Assembly: GCA_046543335.1 (NCBI GenBank)
Contig: JBKGZP010000002.1
Span: 27,629 to 91,628 of the forward strand
Source: Halobacteriales archaeon
GTDB lineage: Archaea > Halobacteriota > Halobacteria > Halobacteriales > SKSH01
Direction: 5' to 3'
Length of the DNA: 64,000 nt
This document shows, piece by piece, positions 62,152 to 64,000 of this stretch. Under the pieces are notes generated by a model that was given only the letters and a program-made list of their open reading frames with translations, ran no database searches and was not told the origin of the DNA. The stretch's first letter is position 1. Each line of letters begins with the position of its first letter. Position numbers and translations under genes: made by a program.

Positions 62152-63804
62152 ATGTCCCGTGGCCAGCGCGCCGAGGTCGACGACCCCTTCGAGCGTGTCT
62201 GCCAGACGATGCTCGAGGACGTCCTCGCCGGGCGCGTCGATCGGGAGGACCTCGAGGCGAGAAAGCGCGAGCGATGCCGTGAGTTCGGCGGGACGGCGGT
62301 CCCCTCCAACGGCGACATCCTCGCCCGAGCGAGCCCGGACGAGCGCGAGGAGGCCGAGGCGGTGCTCCGGCGAAAGCCCGTCCGGACGGCCTCCGGGGTG
62401 TCCCCGGTGGCGCTCATGACGAGCCCCGCCCGCTGCCCCCACGGCAAGTGCCTCTACTGTCCGGGCGGGCCGGACTCGCAGTTCTCGAGTGCCCAGAGCT
62501 ACACCGGCCACGAGCCAGCTGCCGCTCGGGGCGACCAGGTCGACTACGACCCGTACCGCCAGACGACGCTCAGGTTGGCCCAGCTGCGCCACATCGGCCA
62601 TCCGACGGACAAGGTCGAGCTGATCCTGATGGGGGGAACCCTGCCCGCGCGGAGCCACGACTACCAGGCGTGGTTCGTCCGTCGGGCGCTTCGCGCGCTC
62701 AACGACTTCGACCCGGTCGACCCGCCACTCCCCGAGGCGGCGGCCGCGGTCGAGCCCCCGACCGACGTGGCCTACCTCGAGGACGTCGCGGCCCGAAACG
62801 AGCGAGCGGCGGTGCGCAACGTCGCGACCACCTTCGAGACCAAGCCCGACTGGTGCGGCGACGAGCAGGTCGACCGGATGCTTCGCCTCGGGGGCACGAA
62901 GGTCGAGCTGGGGGTGCAGACGACCTTCGAGCGGCTGAACCGCGAGCTCAACCGCGGCCACGGGACCGACGCCTCGATCCGCGCGAACCGCCGCCTCCGC
63001 GACGCCGGCTTCAAGGTGGGCTTTCACATGATGCCCGGCCAGCCCGGCATGACCGAGGCGATGGCCCGCGACGACTTCCGCCGGCTGTTCGAGCGTCCCG
63101 AGTGGCGACCCGACTACCTCAAGATCTACCCGACGCTCGTCGTGCCAGGGACGGTCGTCTACGACTGGTGGCGACGCGGCGAGTTCGACCCGCTCGACAC
63201 CGAGGCCGCCGCCGAGCTCGTCGCCGACGTCAAGGCGATGGTGCCGCCGTACGTTCGCATCCAGCGCGTCCAGCGCGACATCCCCGCCGACCTCATCGCC
63301 GCCGGCGTGCAGAAGTCGAACCTCCGCCAGCTGGCGCGCGACCGCCTCGAGGCTCGCGGCGAGCGGTGCCGGTGCATCCGGTGTCGCGAGGCGGGCCACG
63401 CCGACGACCCGGCGCGGGCGGACCGCCTCGAGCAGACGGTCGAGTCGTACCCTGTCGCCGGCGGTCTCGAGCACTTCATCGCGGTCGAGGACCCCGTGAC
63501 CGACGTGCTGGTGGGCTTTTGTCGGCTCCGCTTCCCGGGCGACCCCCGCCGACCGGAGCTGGCTGACGCCGCCGTCGTCCGCGAGCTGCACGTCTACGGC
63601 AGCGAGGTCCCGCTCGGCGAGGCGACGGGGGGCTGGCAGCACCGCGGCATCGGTCGTCGCTTGATGCGCGCGGCCGAGACGACCGCCGCCTCGGCGGGCT
63701 ACGAGAAGCTCGCGGTGATCGCCGGCATCGGGGCCCGGGCGTACTACCGCGAGAAGCTCGGGTACCGCCAGGACGGCCCGTACGTGAGCACCCACCTCGG
63801 GTGA
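62152..63804 (+). CDS. elp3: Elp3-type tRNA uridine(34) modification radical SAM / GNAT acetyltransferase
   Basis: Radical-SAM cluster CPHGKCLYCPGG, KVELGVQT, and GNAT QHRGIGRRLM. CGCTTTTCGG lies about 30 nt upstream. Confidence 0.92.
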   Translation: MSRGQRAEVDDPFERVCQTMLEDVLAGRVDREDLEARKRERCREFGGTAVPSNGDILARASPDEREEAEAVLRRKPVRTASGVSPVALMTSPARCPHGKCLYCPGGPDSQFSSAQSYTGHEPAAARGDQVDYDPYRQTTLRLAQLRHIGHPTDKVELILMGGTLPARSHDYQAWFVRRALRALNDFDPVDPPLPEAAAAVEPPTDVAYLEDVAARNERAAVRNVATTFETKPDWCGDEQVDRMLRLGGTKVELGVQTTFERLNRELNRGHGTDASIRANRRLRDAGFKVGFHMMPGQPGMTEAMARDDFRRLFERPEWRPDYLKIYPTLVVPGTVVYDWWRRGEFDPLDTEAAAELVADVKAMVPPYVRIQRVQRDIPADLIAAGVQKSNLRQLARDRLEARGERCRCIRCREAGHADDPARADRLEQTVESYPVAGGLEHFIAVEDPVTDVLVGFCRLRFPGDPRRPELADAAVVRELHVYGSEVPLGEATGGWQHRGIGRRLMRAAETTAASAGYEKLAVIAGIGARAYYREKLGYRQDGPYVSTHLG

Positions 63805-63861
63805 GGTATCGGTCGGTCCGATGGCGCAGGACTGTTATCCCCGTCGCGCGCACCGGCGGCC

Positions 63862-64000
63862 ATGGAGCCCCGCCGGGAGCTCGCCAGCGTCGACATCGCC
63901 GCCGTCGTCCGCGAGCTCGGCGACCTCGCGGGCGCCTACTTCGACAAGGCCTACCTCTACCCGGCCTCGGACCTCGTGCGCCTCAAGCTGCGCCACCCCG
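63862..64000 (+). CDS. NFACT-family (RqcH/FbpA-like) protein, N-terminal start (3' end outside window)
   Basis: MEPRRELASVDIAAVVRELGDLAGAYFDKAYLYPASDLVRLKLRHP matches the NFACT-N start pattern (K.ELTS.D..A.V.EL....GA..DK.Y). Confidence 0.65.
   Translation, partial: MEPRRELASVDIAAVVRELGDLAGAYFDKAYLYPASDLVRLKLRHP

Noticed and set aside
62149-63795. 548-aa minus-strand ORF
   Set aside because: It is antisense to Elp3 (radical-SAM and GNAT motifs). Shadow ORF.
1-64000. Search by eye for CRISPR-like regularly spaced repeats, long inverted terminal repeats, integrase/recombinase genes or toxin-antitoxin pairs
   Set aside because: I recognised none. The only repeat units noted are the 29-nt duplication inside the FKBP gene and short palindromes at convergent gene ends. 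A computational repeat search would be needed to exclude short or degenerate arrays.

Overview
This is a very GC-rich, gene-dense chromosomal segment. I infer it comes from a haloarchaeon (class Halobacteria). The grounds are strongly acidic predicted proteins, archaea-specific housekeeping genes (DGGGP synthase, 20S proteasome alpha/beta, RNase P proteins Pop5/Rpp30, SBDS, archaeal-type SAM synthetase, Elp3, DacZ), and TATA-like boxes about 25-32 nt upstream of many start codons, which fits leaderless transcripts. Most of the window is core metabolism and information processing: metG, tyrS, pyrBI, purD, birA, nth, trxA, a mevalonate-pathway decarboxylase, an ABC-2 exporter, and an SPFH/NfeD pair. 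A seven-gene halocyanin/Rieske/split-cytochrome-b operon, five glycosyltransferases, a P450, three VOC-fold proteins and several conserved hypotheticals fill most of the rest. I found no CRISPR array, no intact mobile element and no recognisable defence island, so I cannot point to a convincing novel multi-gene system. Features the ORF track does not show: (1) a 7S/SRP RNA gene on the minus strand in the 5.7-6.0 kb gap; (2) a tRNA-Arg(TCG) followed by about 1.1 kb of gene debris (TnpB N-terminal remnant, SDR C-terminal fragment, frameshifted TPP-enzyme fragment); (3) an acetamidase/formamidase C-terminal remnant; (4) sub-threshold small ORFs. The more speculative observations are degenerate RecA/KaiC-like ATPases, a RecJ-like protein with decayed DHH motifs, a SepF-like small protein, dacZ next to an MscS-like channel gene, and a coupled MBL-like/MPN-like pair. 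All family assignments come from motif reading and memory of the families, not from database searches. Many long ORFs in the track are antisense shadow ORFs or spurious N-terminal extensions typical of high-GC DNA. I re-set start codons using homology onset and TATA spacing.
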